A stretch of 64,000 nucleotides of DNA from Alphaproteobacteria bacterium (lineage in GTDB: Bacteria > Pseudomonadota > Alphaproteobacteria > UBA7985): the NCBI GenBank assembly GCA_965661545.1, contig CBFIEF010000004.1, positions 1,831-65,830 on the forward strand, given 5' to 3'. Position numbers and translations under genes: made by a program. The notes beneath the pieces are model-generated. The model was given only the letters and a program-made list of their open reading frames with translations, was not told the origin of the DNA and did not search any database. Numbering within the stretch: the first letter of the stretch is position 1; every line of letters starts with the position of its first letter. This document shows positions 39,071 to 48,529 of the stretch, in pieces.

Positions 39071-39348
39071 GCATGAAACACCCCATCAAGCGTGCCGTGA
39101 TCAATGACTTGGGCGCGAGCGATAGTGTGACGCAGATCAAGCGCCTGTACGAACAGCTAGGGATCGCCGCAGGCTTGAACCTCGATGCCCTCGCTGACGT
39201 GCTGACAGATCCAAACTGGCTACAAGGCCCAACTGTGATTTGCTGGCTGGCTTGCCCCAAAGCTCGCTCTGGCTGGCACAAGACGCTATACGACACCCTC
39301 GAAGAAGCAGCAGGTGTGCGCGACGATTTGACTTTTGTTGTGCGCTAG
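39067..39348 (+). CDS. barstar-like ribonuclease inhibitor (immunity protein)
   Basis: …KRAVINDLGASDSVTQIKRLYEQLGIAAGLNLDALADVLTD… parallels barstar [43 protein letters not shown] (barnase-contacting Asp conserved); ATGA overlap with the barnase stop. Confidence 0.7.
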   Translation: MSMKHPIKRAVINDLGASDSVTQIKRLYEQLGIAAGLNLDALADVLTDPNWLQGPTVICWLACPKARSGWHKTLYDTLEEAAGVRDDLTFVVR

Positions 39349-39379
39349 ACCTGACTTTTCACCCCTTCAACCCACCTGA

Positions 39380-39589
39380 GTGGCTATGAAAACATTCTTC
39401 CTTATTTTGACAGTCGTTTTCCTGATCGGAACACTCGTCACCATGCTGCTCGGGGCCTTTTCAATGGGCCGGGGCGGGGACTTTAACCAGAAGTACGGAA
39501 ACCTGCTCATGCGGGCACGGACAGTCTGCCAGGGTGGCACGATCGCCTGCTTGCTGCTGATGTTTCTAACCAGTCGATCCGGAGGCTGA
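39380..39589 (+). CDS. twin-transmembrane-helix small protein (HIG1-domain-like)
   Basis: 69 aa, two TM helices separated by a short polar loop; stop overlaps/abuts the pduO-type gene start. Confidence 0.5.
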   Translation: MAMKTFFLILTVVFLIGTLVTMLLGAFSMGRGGDFNQKYGNLLMRARTVCQGGTIACLLLMFLTSRSGG

Positions 39590-39591
39590 AT

Positions 39592-40164
39592 ATGGTCGAA
39601 TTGACACGGATCTACACCAAGGGTGGTGATCGAGGGAAAACCAGCCTGTCCACAGGCACGCGTGTGGCGAAGTACGACTTGCGTGTCGATGCTTACGGCA
39701 CAGTTGACGAAGCCAACGCTGTTCTTGGTCTGGTCCGGATGCACCTCGAAGACTTTCCAGACTTGGATAAGATCGTGGCACGGGTTCAAAATGACATGTT
39801 CGATCTGGGCGCCGACCTCGCGACACCGCTGGATGCAGAATTGTCCTACGAGCCTCTACGGATAACCGAAGGCCAAGTGGACAAGCTTGAGCGTGACATT
39901 GACCTTTATAATGACCGGCTCGAGCCCTTGAAGTCTTTCATTCTGCCCGGCGGCAGCGCAGCGGCAACACAGTTCCATCTGGCGCGAACAGTGGTGCGAC
40001 GTGCAGAGCGTCTGACGGTGGAGCTGGGCGATAAAGTCGATATCAACCCAGAATCAATCCGCTACCTCAACCGTCTGTCTGACCTGATGTTCGTGTTGGC
40101 GCGGATTTGTAATGATGACGGCAAGGCTGACGTGCTTTGGGTTCCCGGGGCTTCCCGCGAATAA
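39592..40164 (+). CDS. ATP:cob(I)alamin adenosyltransferase, PduO-type
   Basis: MVELTRIYTKGGDRGKTSL…DAYGTVDEAN… is the PduO-type signature N-terminus. Confidence 0.85.
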   Translation: MVELTRIYTKGGDRGKTSLSTGTRVAKYDLRVDAYGTVDEANAVLGLVRMHLEDFPDLDKIVARVQNDMFDLGADLATPLDAELSYEPLRITEGQVDKLERDIDLYNDRLEPLKSFILPGGSAAATQFHLARTVVRRAERLTVELGDKVDINPESIRYLNRLSDLMFVLARICNDDGKADVLWVPGASRE

Positions 40165-40181
40165 TAGCCAGTCCAGCAGCA

Positions 40182-41384
40182 CTACGCAGCGATGGGCGCT
40201 TTGGCTTCCCGGTACGACAGTCGTTGCATTTCCATCAGTCGAGATTGGGTCCGTAGGAAGGGTTGCATGTCGTGCTCTTCCAAGTTCACCAATTCCGCAA
40301 TCGGCGCAGCAGCACGGGCATAGATGCTCGTGCCCGCTTCGTAGAAAACATCGATCATAATCCGGAACCGCTCACCGCTATCTCGCGTGTTGTAGCGGAT
40401 TTGCGGAATGTCATCGACGAAAACGCGGTCAAAGGACTGTGCAATCAGCAAGTAGTCATCTCGTCCCAGCGGCTGCTCACACAGGTCGGCATAGCGAAAC
40501 CGAGCGGTGCGTCCCGCCGCTTCAGGCACATTGACCGAACGTCCCAAGACCGATAGCTGCGCGGGCTCCCCGCGCACAACCTTGGCTTCACGCTCAAAAA
40601 TTGTTTGGAACGCCTGCGCCGTCTTTGCACCCAGCGGAGATACCCACGCTTCCGTCTCAGAACCGTGGCGGAGGCGATAGTCCTGTGAGTGATCCAGATT
40701 GACGACATCAAATTCGCGCTCAATCAGCTCAATCGTCGGCAGAAACAACTCGCGCTTTAAGCCGCCAGTGTACAGATCGCCCGGTGCTTCGTTCGAGGTG
40801 GTCACGACCGTAACGCCCTCTTCCATCATAACAGACAGCACGCGCCCCAGCAGGGTCGCATCGGCGATGTTGTTGACGAAGAATTCATCAAAGCACAGGA
40901 CTTTGGCCTTTCGCGCCTGTGCGCGGGCAAAGCGGGCAGCGGTGTCACCGCGCGTGTCGCCCTTGGACCGGCGCGCATGGATATCGGCATGCAGGTCACT
41001 CATGAACTCATGGAAATGACGGCGCTGCGCCAATTGTGGACCCATCGCGTCGTAAAACAGGTCCATAGCCGTCGTCTTACCCCGTCCAACAGGGCCAAAG
41101 AGGTACAAGCTACGGCGAACTTCTTTTTCCGCCGCGCCCGCGTTTGGTTTCCCGCCTCGACCAAAGAGGCGACCAATCCATCCCATGACGCCACTGGCTT
41201 CTCCCTGCTTCGCGGAAGTAGCGCGTGCGCGTTTGCGCCGGAGCGCGGATGGAGACAAAATTAGTTCCTGATAGAGCCCATCCAACGCCTCCACCGCCCG
41301 CCGTTGGGCAGGTTGTGGACGCAACTCGCCAGAAGAAAGCGCGCGTTCGTAAAGTTCGAGGGGTGAGGCGATCGTGGTGGACAT
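40182..41384 (-). CDS. zapE: cell division protein ZapE (AFG1-family ATPase)
   Basis: Walker A 'GPVGRGKT'; AFG1/ZapE length and motifs. Confidence 0.85.
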   Translation of the reverse strand: MSTTIASPLELYERALSSGELRPQPAQRRAVEALDGLYQELILSPSALRRKRARATSAKQGEASGVMGWIGRLFGRGGKPNAGAAEKEVRRSLYLFGPVGRGKTTAMDLFYDAMGPQLAQRRHFHEFMSDLHADIHARRSKGDTRGDTAARFARAQARKAKVLCFDEFFVNNIADATLLGRVLSVMMEEGVTVVTTSNEAPGDLYTGGLKRELFLPTIELIEREFDVVNLDHSQDYRLRHGSETEAWVSPLGAKTAQAFQTIFEREAKVVRGEPAQLSVLGRSVNVPEAAGRTARFRYADLCEQPLGRDDYLLIAQSFDRVFVDDIPQIRYNTRDSGERFRIMIDVFYEAGTSIYARAAAPIAELVNLEEHDMQPFLRTQSRLMEMQRLSYREAKAPIAA

Positions 41385-41446
41385 GAACGTTTGTTAGCCT
41401 GAAAACAAAAATGGGGGAAGTCACCTTCCCCCGCTTCTTTTGCGCC

Positions 41447-43741
41447 TTAGAACGGCAGAGGAATCTCCAGGCCATTGATGTTGAGCGCCTCACCCGCAGG
41501 AATATCGATCACAAACTCCAGCGCACCGTCATCGGTCGGCGTGCCAAACATCGACGCGCCAAACAAGCCCTCAAGCACTTGCTCGATTGTTTGCGCAGTG
41601 CCAGGGAAGGCATCAACTTCGCCACTTTCAATCGCCATCATCAACTCGATAAGGTGCGCCTGCGCTTCCGCGACGCCCAACATCGTCATCGTGATCGAGC
41701 CAACCGAGTAATTCGGCGGCAACATTGGATTGATGGCCACGGTCCCGGACGCTGTCGCCTCAACCTTGCCGCCACTGATGTACGAGGGCTGCACAACCAA
41801 CGAAGGCGGGGACGCCAAAATCGGAGAAATCAGCGCCGCGCCGGCCAGCAACAGCGATGACGGATCAAAATCCGGGTCTAGCATTGTGTCCACCGGCGGC
41901 AGCGGAACATTGCCCGCGATGGCCAAAATCATCGCCATGGGAATATCCGCAAGTTCGATCGTAAGACCTGCGTCCGTCGGTAAGAACCCCGGCTTGTCGC
42001 TACCGAGCACCAACTCGACCAGCACAGGATCAGCCACCTCGTCTTCGATCTCAGCCTGAAGGCCTGCGAATGATACGTGTTGCCGGATTTTAGCCTGATC
42101 GGTCAGCATATCGTGTGTTGTAAAGCTGATATCGGCAGCAGCTAAAGCCCCAGAAATCTCGCCCGTGTCAGCCGCAGTATTGGCGTAGAAAGACGCGTCT
42201 TTCAAACCCACCCTCAAGCTGGGTAAGTAGCTGCTGAGTGCAAACCGAAGCGCGTCAGCCAGCGTGAGATCATCGTTCTCCAAGCCCAGCACAATCTCCG
42301 TGATGCTGGTCAAGCTGTCGCGGATACTGTAGCCGGCGGAAAGCTCACCAAACGAGAAACCAATTTCCTCTGGCAATTCAACGTTAAACCCCAAGAGCCG
42401 CGCTGTCAGATCCTGCACGTCGCTGTCTGGTTCAAAGTTAAAGCTGGTCCCCAGCTCAGCGCCTGACATCGAAACTCTCAGCCGTTCGTCATCGCTCTCT
42501 GGCAGTTCAAGGCTCGCACCATCGAGCCTCAGCGCAAAATCACTGGCCGTGAGAACATCCGCACTCCATGCCAGTATCTTCCCACCAACACTCAGGTACA
42601 TGTCGATCAACACATCTTCGGGCTGGTAGAAATCTTCAGCCTCCATCATCCGCACTTGCGCAGACAGATCGGCGAGTGCGTCCGCTAGGGGGTCTAAGCC
42701 ATAGTCCGGTGTATAGGTGGTGCTGCCAGACAGCGATCCACCTTGCATATCCAAGAGACTGAATTCTCCGCCCGCACCAGACCAGTGGTCATAAACAATC
42801 AGCTGCAACTGCCCCAGCATGCCGGTCGTACTGGCTATTTTCGCTGCGTGGTCATAGGCCGTTTCAATCGAAAGGCCATCGAATTCCAGTCGTCCGTCAA
42901 AGTCCAGCAAGTCCACATCGTTCAAGGATAACTTGCCCATCTCAATGCTAGAATTGAGATCCTGCAATTCAGTGTCAAACAGGGGAATAAACCGGTCAAT
43001 CAGGTTTGCCGCGGCGTCCGCTGGCGAGGTGATTCCGGCTTCAAACATCGCGAACTGCTTGAAACCTTCATTGATTTCACGCTGCAAAAACCAATCTGGC
43101 GTGTTCACTGTTTCAAAGGAAAACCCAAAGCTCTCAAGGGATCCAATCTTTGCCCCATCAATCGCGGCAGAGAGGTCCATAATCGTAAAGTCAGCTCCAC
43201 TAAGCGGGTTCTGTTTCCGCTCATCAAAGAGGAAGTTGAGCGCGCCAACCTTTACATAATTTGCTTCTTCTGCGCCTGACTCTGCGAACAGCAAATCCTG
43301 AATGGTGAGTTCAAACCGTTCGGTCGCCTGCGCCTCCGGGTTGATGGTCATGCTGAGCTGAAACTCGGCAACTTCGAATGTTGTCCCTAATTCTGGGAGA
43401 AGTTCGATCAGCAGCTGTGCGAGATCCGTTGTCAGATTCAAGGAACCGTTTTCTGCTTCCGTGGCCTCAAAGGACAGATCACCCAGCGGCAACCCGTCGA
43501 TATTGGCGTCGGCCATCACCACGTCGAAAGCAGCCCCATCTCCGTCACCGTCTAACACCGTGAGCGTTTCATATTCGATGGGCAGCCCAAACAACAGAGG
43601 AACGGGCAGATCCTCCATGGACGTTAAAACCGTCGCGACTTGCGCCGCGGTCATGGTTTGAGACTGGGCTTGCGTGGCAAACGACGTCCCAAAAGCGGCG
43701 ATACACATCAACGCTTTAAGGTGTTGGAATGGCTTTTTCAT
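41447..43741 (-). CDS. large secreted acidic hypothetical protein (paralog A; possibly DUF2125-like)
   Basis: 764 aa; signal peptide MKKPFQHLKALMCIAAFGTSFATQAQS; Leu/Asp/Glu/Gly-rich; C-terminal '…LEFVIDIPAGEALNINGLEIPLPF' resembles the C-terminus of the downstream paralog. Confidence 0.6.
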   Translation of the reverse strand: MKKPFQHLKALMCIAAFGTSFATQAQSQTMTAAQVATVLTSMEDLPVPLLFGLPIEYETLTVLDGDGDGAAFDVVMADANIDGLPLGDLSFEATEAENGSLNLTTDLAQLLIELLPELGTTFEVAEFQLSMTINPEAQATERFELTIQDLLFAESGAEEANYVKVGALNFLFDERKQNPLSGADFTIMDLSAAIDGAKIGSLESFGFSFETVNTPDWFLQREINEGFKQFAMFEAGITSPADAAANLIDRFIPLFDTELQDLNSSIEMGKLSLNDVDLLDFDGRLEFDGLSIETAYDHAAKIASTTGMLGQLQLIVYDHWSGAGGEFSLLDMQGGSLSGSTTYTPDYGLDPLADALADLSAQVRMMEAEDFYQPEDVLIDMYLSVGGKILAWSADVLTASDFALRLDGASLELPESDDERLRVSMSGAELGTSFNFEPDSDVQDLTARLLGFNVELPEEIGFSFGELSAGYSIRDSLTSITEIVLGLENDDLTLADALRFALSSYLPSLRVGLKDASFYANTAADTGEISGALAAADISFTTHDMLTDQAKIRQHVSFAGLQAEIEDEVADPVLVELVLGSDKPGFLPTDAGLTIELADIPMAMILAIAGNVPLPPVDTMLDPDFDPSSLLLAGAALISPILASPPSLVVQPSYISGGKVEATASGTVAINPMLPPNYSVGSITMTMLGVAEAQAHLIELMMAIESGEVDAFPGTAQTIEQVLEGLFGASMFGTPTDDGALEFVIDIPAGEALNINGLEIPLPF

Positions 43742-43848
43742 CGGTCGGGACCTTTTTCAATACAGCCGTCAGTGTGAACGATTTCTCTCCGCAGTTCAAA
43801 AGTACTGCGAATGCAGGGGCTTTAAACGATAAAGTCAGGTCCGCCCAA

Positions 43849-45693
43849 TCAGCGCTGATTGAGCGGTGCGCCGTTGAGGTTTATCTCACCGAACTGTGTC
43901 AGCTCGAGCACGTACGTCTGCTCGTCTGCATTTGAAGCTGTGCCAAGATCGCGCAACCGCTCGGCCCATCCGGCGATGCGGCGGCCATAGTCTGCTAGAC
44001 CCTGCGCGTCCTCACCACCACTGGTCAAAGCGGCCTCTGTGGTTGTATCGGCGCGGCGCTCTACTTTGGTCAGGCCCTTCACACTCGCGGTGAAACTGCC
44101 AAAACCGAACAACGGCGGAATGGGCATGACCTGATGTTCACCAACGATGGTCATGGTGTAGTCATCGGCCACGACCTGGGCGTCTGTGACGCTGACACGA
44201 GGGGGCTGGATCAGGAACGGCGTGACCATACCCAGCGCACCGCCGACCAGCGAGCGGGCGAGAACACTGGGTTCGTTCACTGATCCGGCGCGTGGCAAGC
44301 TTTCCAACGTTTGACGCAGGTTCGCCATTGGCAAGCCGGTGACTTCAACGGTGCCTTCAAATTCGTTGGGAACCAGACTTTGTGACAGGGGGTCAAATCG
44401 GATCAGACGACCGCCCAAAGCCGGGACGATGCTGGGGATCACAATCGGCTCTGGCTCAACACCCTTTGGCGATTCCATTGCGCGCAAATCGATACCGTTT
44501 GCTTGGCCACGCAAGGTGATGAATCCGCCATCAATCCGCATGTCCGTCAAACCCAAGGCGCCCTGTGCCTGCTCCATCGACAAGGAGAATAGGCGGTCCG
44601 GCAGCGCAAAGACCAAGTCTTCCGCCATCCCCTCGAAACCAATGGTATCAAAGAAAAGCAGTGTATCGGCCAAAACAGACCAATTCGCACCAGCCTCAGC
44701 TGGTTTAAACAGCGAACCAAGTGCCAACGCGAAGCCTTCGACATCAGCGCCATTCAGATCAATGTTCAGCGCGCCGCGCTTCATCCCGGCAAAGTCTTCG
44801 CGGCGGCGGATATCCAAACCATCGAACACGATGTTGACCATCTGGGTTTTAAGGGCGTCGCCCTGTGACGACGCAGGCAAAGAGAAACCGTCGAGTGCGA
44901 CTTCAAGATCCTGCGGGCCATAGAATGCGTTTAGGCCTGTGACCTGTAAATCGGTAAACGATGAAGCCGCCGGCAGATAGAGGTTTTCAAGGTGAACCAG
45001 AGTGGCGCCCAGCAGGCTGTCATTCCCCTCATTTCTTGCGTCGAGAAACCGGAAATCAAACGAGCGTCCGAGACTGGCATAGGGCGCACCCGCCGCGCTG
45101 CCTGTCCAGCGCCCATCGTAAATGATGTTCTCTATCGCAAAGGCGTAACTGGTGTCTGGGTCGCCTTCTTCCGCTGGCTTTGCGCCGCCGGAACCAGTCA
45201 GGTTTGACAGGCGCAGCGAATAGCCACTTTCATCTGCGCGCATGACCACTTCACCCGCACCCAGCCGAAGACCATTGGGCGCGGCAAGCGCTAAATCGGT
45301 GATGCGATATTCGAGCCGTTGATACCCTTTAATCGCATCGTTCCATTCGCCCGCAAAGTCCCACTGTGCTGCTTGCACGCCGGATCCGTCAGGGTTGGTG
45401 ACGCGCGTCGGCATTTCAATGCTTTTCACGTCGAAAATACTGTCGCCCAAGGCGCGAATATCGATGCTCACCAACCCCACGGGAACAGAGCCGTAGCTTG
45501 CGTCTTTCAGCGAGACGGTGTTGCTGCGCACAAACACGTCCTCAGCATCAAATGCCAACGGACCAAAGAGGCCGAAGTTGTGCCCTAACTCGGACCGAAC
45601 AACCTGCTCCACGCTTTGCGCTGAAACGCTTGAAACAGTAACCAGTGTGATGAACGATGCGGCGGCAAGTTTGCCAAGGCGAGAAAGGAACAA
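43849..45693 (-). CDS. large secreted hypothetical protein (paralog B; possibly DUF2125-like)
   Basis: 614 aa; signal peptide MFLSRLGKLAAASFITLVTVSSVSAQS; C-terminal '…YVLELTQFGEINLNGAPLNQR' similar to paralog A. Confidence 0.6.
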   Translation of the reverse strand: MFLSRLGKLAAASFITLVTVSSVSAQSVEQVVRSELGHNFGLFGPLAFDAEDVFVRSNTVSLKDASYGSVPVGLVSIDIRALGDSIFDVKSIEMPTRVTNPDGSGVQAAQWDFAGEWNDAIKGYQRLEYRITDLALAAPNGLRLGAGEVVMRADESGYSLRLSNLTGSGGAKPAEEGDPDTSYAFAIENIIYDGRWTGSAAGAPYASLGRSFDFRFLDARNEGNDSLLGATLVHLENLYLPAASSFTDLQVTGLNAFYGPQDLEVALDGFSLPASSQGDALKTQMVNIVFDGLDIRRREDFAGMKRGALNIDLNGADVEGFALALGSLFKPAEAGANWSVLADTLLFFDTIGFEGMAEDLVFALPDRLFSLSMEQAQGALGLTDMRIDGGFITLRGQANGIDLRAMESPKGVEPEPIVIPSIVPALGGRLIRFDPLSQSLVPNEFEGTVEVTGLPMANLRQTLESLPRAGSVNEPSVLARSLVGGALGMVTPFLIQPPRVSVTDAQVVADDYTMTIVGEHQVMPIPPLFGFGSFTASVKGLTKVERRADTTTEAALTSGGEDAQGLADYGRRIAGWAERLRDLGTASNADEQTYVLELTQFGEINLNGAPLNQR

Positions 45694-45875
45694 TCAACTA
45701 ACCTCACGTTATTCGCGGAAGCGCAGTGCGTGGAACCTTTGTGCTTACCGTTAATCAGCAAAGGCCAAGTGGCGCATAATTGAAACACAAATGCAGCAAT
45801 TTCGCGATCAAGCCAACGATAACTTCATCCAAAACCTACAACTTGAGCGGATTTTCACCCCTCGTCGGCGATGAA

Positions 45876-46625
45876 TTAGCCTTTGGGCGTTGCGGGATCG
45901 ATCTGAGCGGACTCAAAGCCCTCTGGCAACAAGGCCAAGGATGCGTCTTCAATTGCGTCTGAAACCTGGTTCAAGAATTCTCGCTTGGCCAAGCCGGGCA
46001 TAATAGGCGGCTGGATGGCAACCGTGATCTTGCCCGGCTTAAGCCCCTTGAAGCCCCGATCCCAGTACACACCGCTGTCCGTGCCAACAGGCACAACCGG
46101 CAGTGCCAGCTTTTCGTACATCGCAGCGACGCCGGGGTGGTAGCGCCCTCGGACACCGGGAACCGTTCGCGTTCCTTCTGGAAAGATGATCACCGGCATA
46201 CCTGCTTCGGCTTTGGCAGCAGAATCAACCAACAGCTTCCGCAGCGATGACAGCCCGGCTGATCGGTCCAGTGCGACGATATCCAAGTGACGGATAAACC
46301 AACCAAAAATAGGCTGCGTTAGCAGTTCTTCCTTCATCACATAAGCTGCATTTGGGATCAAAAGCGACCAGATGGCAGTATCAAAAAAGGATTGGTGCTT
46401 GGAGGCGAGGATGTAGGGAGCCTCTGGCAAGTGTTCCAGACCTTCGACTTTCCAAGTCACGCCCGCGAAGATCCGCGAAATCGCGAGAACGCCCTTGGCC
46501 CAAAACAGCCCAAAGGCAAAAGTCGCACGCTTGCCAAAGAAGACCACCGGCCAGCAAAGAGCCCCCAGCACACCCGTCCAGAGATATCCAACCAGTTTCG
46601 CAATCGTCGAACGAAAAATCGTCAT
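45876..46625 (-). CDS. lysophospholipid / 1-acyl-sn-glycerol-3-phosphate acyltransferase (PlsC family)
   Basis: HxxxxD-box region '…ILASKHQSFFDT…' and 'FPEGTR' motif. Confidence 0.8.
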   Translation of the reverse strand: MTIFRSTIAKLVGYLWTGVLGALCWPVVFFGKRATFAFGLFWAKGVLAISRIFAGVTWKVEGLEHLPEAPYILASKHQSFFDTAIWSLLIPNAAYVMKEELLTQPIFGWFIRHLDIVALDRSAGLSSLRKLLVDSAAKAEAGMPVIIFPEGTRTVPGVRGRYHPGVAAMYEKLALPVVPVGTDSGVYWDRGFKGLKPGKITVAIQPPIMPGLAKREFLNQVSDAIEDASLALLPEGFESAQIDPATPKG

Positions 46626-46720
46626 GGAAAGTTTGCACCCCTTTGAGCCGCATGATTGAACGACTGCATACCTTTGTCCGCGCACACCCTAACGACCTCA
46701 GGCAAAGGTTCAAGTCTAAG

Positions 46721-47635
46721 CTAAAATGTCCGTTTTAGTTTTCGAAGGACATTCCCTCTCGCAGAGATAACGGCAACAGCAACCAGCAACGTTACGACCA
46801 GAATCATCACTGGAACCTGCAAGGGCAGAATGACGCTCGGCTCCCGAAAAATCCGAGGCCAATACAGCGCTTGAAGCAACCAACCCGCCAAACAGCCGAA
46901 CCCGATCCCCATCATCGCACTGCGCAGCGCGAAGCCAACGAACTGTGACAGGATTAGCCGATCAGGCGCGCCCGAAATATACAGGACATGAATGACCTCG
47001 GTTTGCAGATCAACCGACTGTCCGATGACCAAAGCCGACGTGATGCTAACGACGATAAAGACAGCAGCAATTAGACCGAAACCTTTGGTCAGCTCGGTCA
47101 ATCGGGCGGATTGCAAGTGCTGCCGCTGCGCCTGATTATCATCAACCATGGCACCGGGAGCTGCGCGATCCAGATTGGCCCGGAGGTTGGCAACGTCCAG
47201 ATCAGGGCGGCGCGTGCGCTTGATCGATATAATGGTCGGCAACGGCACTTGCGCGGTTACGGCATTGCCAAGCGCTTTCTCGACAAGCAGCTGGGTCTGT
47301 TGCCGGTCCAGAACCTCTATCCGTCCCAACCCTTCGGTATTCTGCAAAGCGTCCATCGCGCGATTGACTGCTGGATCAGTCAGGCTCGGGGTCAAACCCG
47401 GCGTCGAGGGCACGAAGACTGTTAGCTCACTGTTTGCAAGCCCGATGGACTCCTGTAGCTCGAACAGCCTTTGCGTGGTTTGCAGGGCAAAGAAGACCGC
47501 AAGCGATGCCATAAGTCCCAACACCAATGGCAGCAACATTGCCACGTTCTGTCCCCGAAACACCATCAGCGGTTCTTTCGGTGCAATCAGGTCTTGGACT
47601 GGGCGACGGCGTGTTTTTGGTTGGTTCTGGCTCAT
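46721..47635 (-). CDS. ftsX: cell division ABC transporter permease FtsX-like
   Basis: 304 aa; TM1, large periplasmic loop, 3 C-terminal TM; directly downstream of ftsE with 4-nt overlap. Confidence 0.8.
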   Translation of the reverse strand: MSQNQPKTRRRPVQDLIAPKEPLMVFRGQNVAMLLPLVLGLMASLAVFFALQTTQRLFELQESIGLANSELTVFVPSTPGLTPSLTDPAVNRAMDALQNTEGLGRIEVLDRQQTQLLVEKALGNAVTAQVPLPTIISIKRTRRPDLDVANLRANLDRAAPGAMVDDNQAQRQHLQSARLTELTKGFGLIAAVFIVVSITSALVIGQSVDLQTEVIHVLYISGAPDRLILSQFVGFALRSAMMGIGFGCLAGWLLQALYWPRIFREPSVILPLQVPVMILVVTLLVAVAVISARGNVLRKLKRTF

Positions 47636-48303
47636 CCGATTGCGGGCTCGCGCGATGCCAGCTGTCCGCGATCCAAGCGGATTTCCGGATAATCAAAGCG
47701 CTGCAGCAAGCTCTCGCTATGCGTTGCAACAACAACGGTGGTGCCCAACTTGTTCAATTCTTCAAAAAGCCGAATGAGTTTGAGTCCAATGCCGTCATCG
47801 ACATTGCCGGTCGGCTCATCAGCCAAGAGCAGCGCCGGGCGATTGATCACAGCGCGGGCGATGGCCGCTCGCTGCTTCTGCCCGCCGCTGAGTTCTTCGG
47901 GCTTGGCCTTGGCGTAATCGCCCAACCCGACCCAATGCAGCAGTTCCTGCACGTAATCCCGCTCGCTCGTGGTGTCCTTGCCCGTCACTCGCAGGGGCAA
48001 GGCAACGTTGTCATAGATGCTCATATGATCAATCAGCCGGAAATCTTGAAACACCACGCCAAGCCGAGACCGCACATAGGCCTTTTGATCCCGCGAGAGA
48101 TCGTAGGCGTTGCGTCCAAAAATCTGCAATCGCCCTGCCGTTGGCTTTAGCCCAAGAAACATCAGCTTCAGCAGTGTCGTTTTCCCCGCGCCACTGGGTC
48201 CGGTCACAAAGGAGAATGAACCCGCCGGCAAGTTTAAGGACACGTCCCGAATGATTCCGGGGCGCGCGGGGTAGTCGACGGTAACCTGATCCATTCGTAG
48301 CAA
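47632..48303 (-). CDS. ftsE: cell division ATP-binding protein FtsE
   Basis: Walker A GPSGAGKTT, ABC signature LSGGQKQR, Walker B LLLADEPTGNVD. Confidence 0.9.
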   Translation of the reverse strand: MLRMDQVTVDYPARPGIIRDVSLNLPAGSFSFVTGPSGAGKTTLLKLMFLGLKPTAGRLQIFGRNAYDLSRDQKAYVRSRLGVVFQDFRLIDHMSIYDNVALPLRVTGKDTTSERDYVQELLHWVGLGDYAKAKPEELSGGQKQRAAIARAVINRPALLLADEPTGNVDDGIGLKLIRLFEELNKLGTTVVVATHSESLLQRFDYPEIRLDRGQLASREPAIG

Positions 48304-48529
48304 CGCTGGAACCCTTCACTCACCAAGACAGTTTGCGTCTTATGATAGATAATCTAGGCGCATAGTCTTGGAAGTTATACTCATAATGTGCAGATTATGA
48401 TGCAGTTTAAGTCCAGATGGCACTCCCATTTTTCGCACTTCCGTGTTTAAAGAGGGTCAGCTTTCGGGATTCGCGACTCGAACCTCATCGGGTGCGATCG
48501 TTCTTTTGCATGAAAGGTCCGACGAACCA

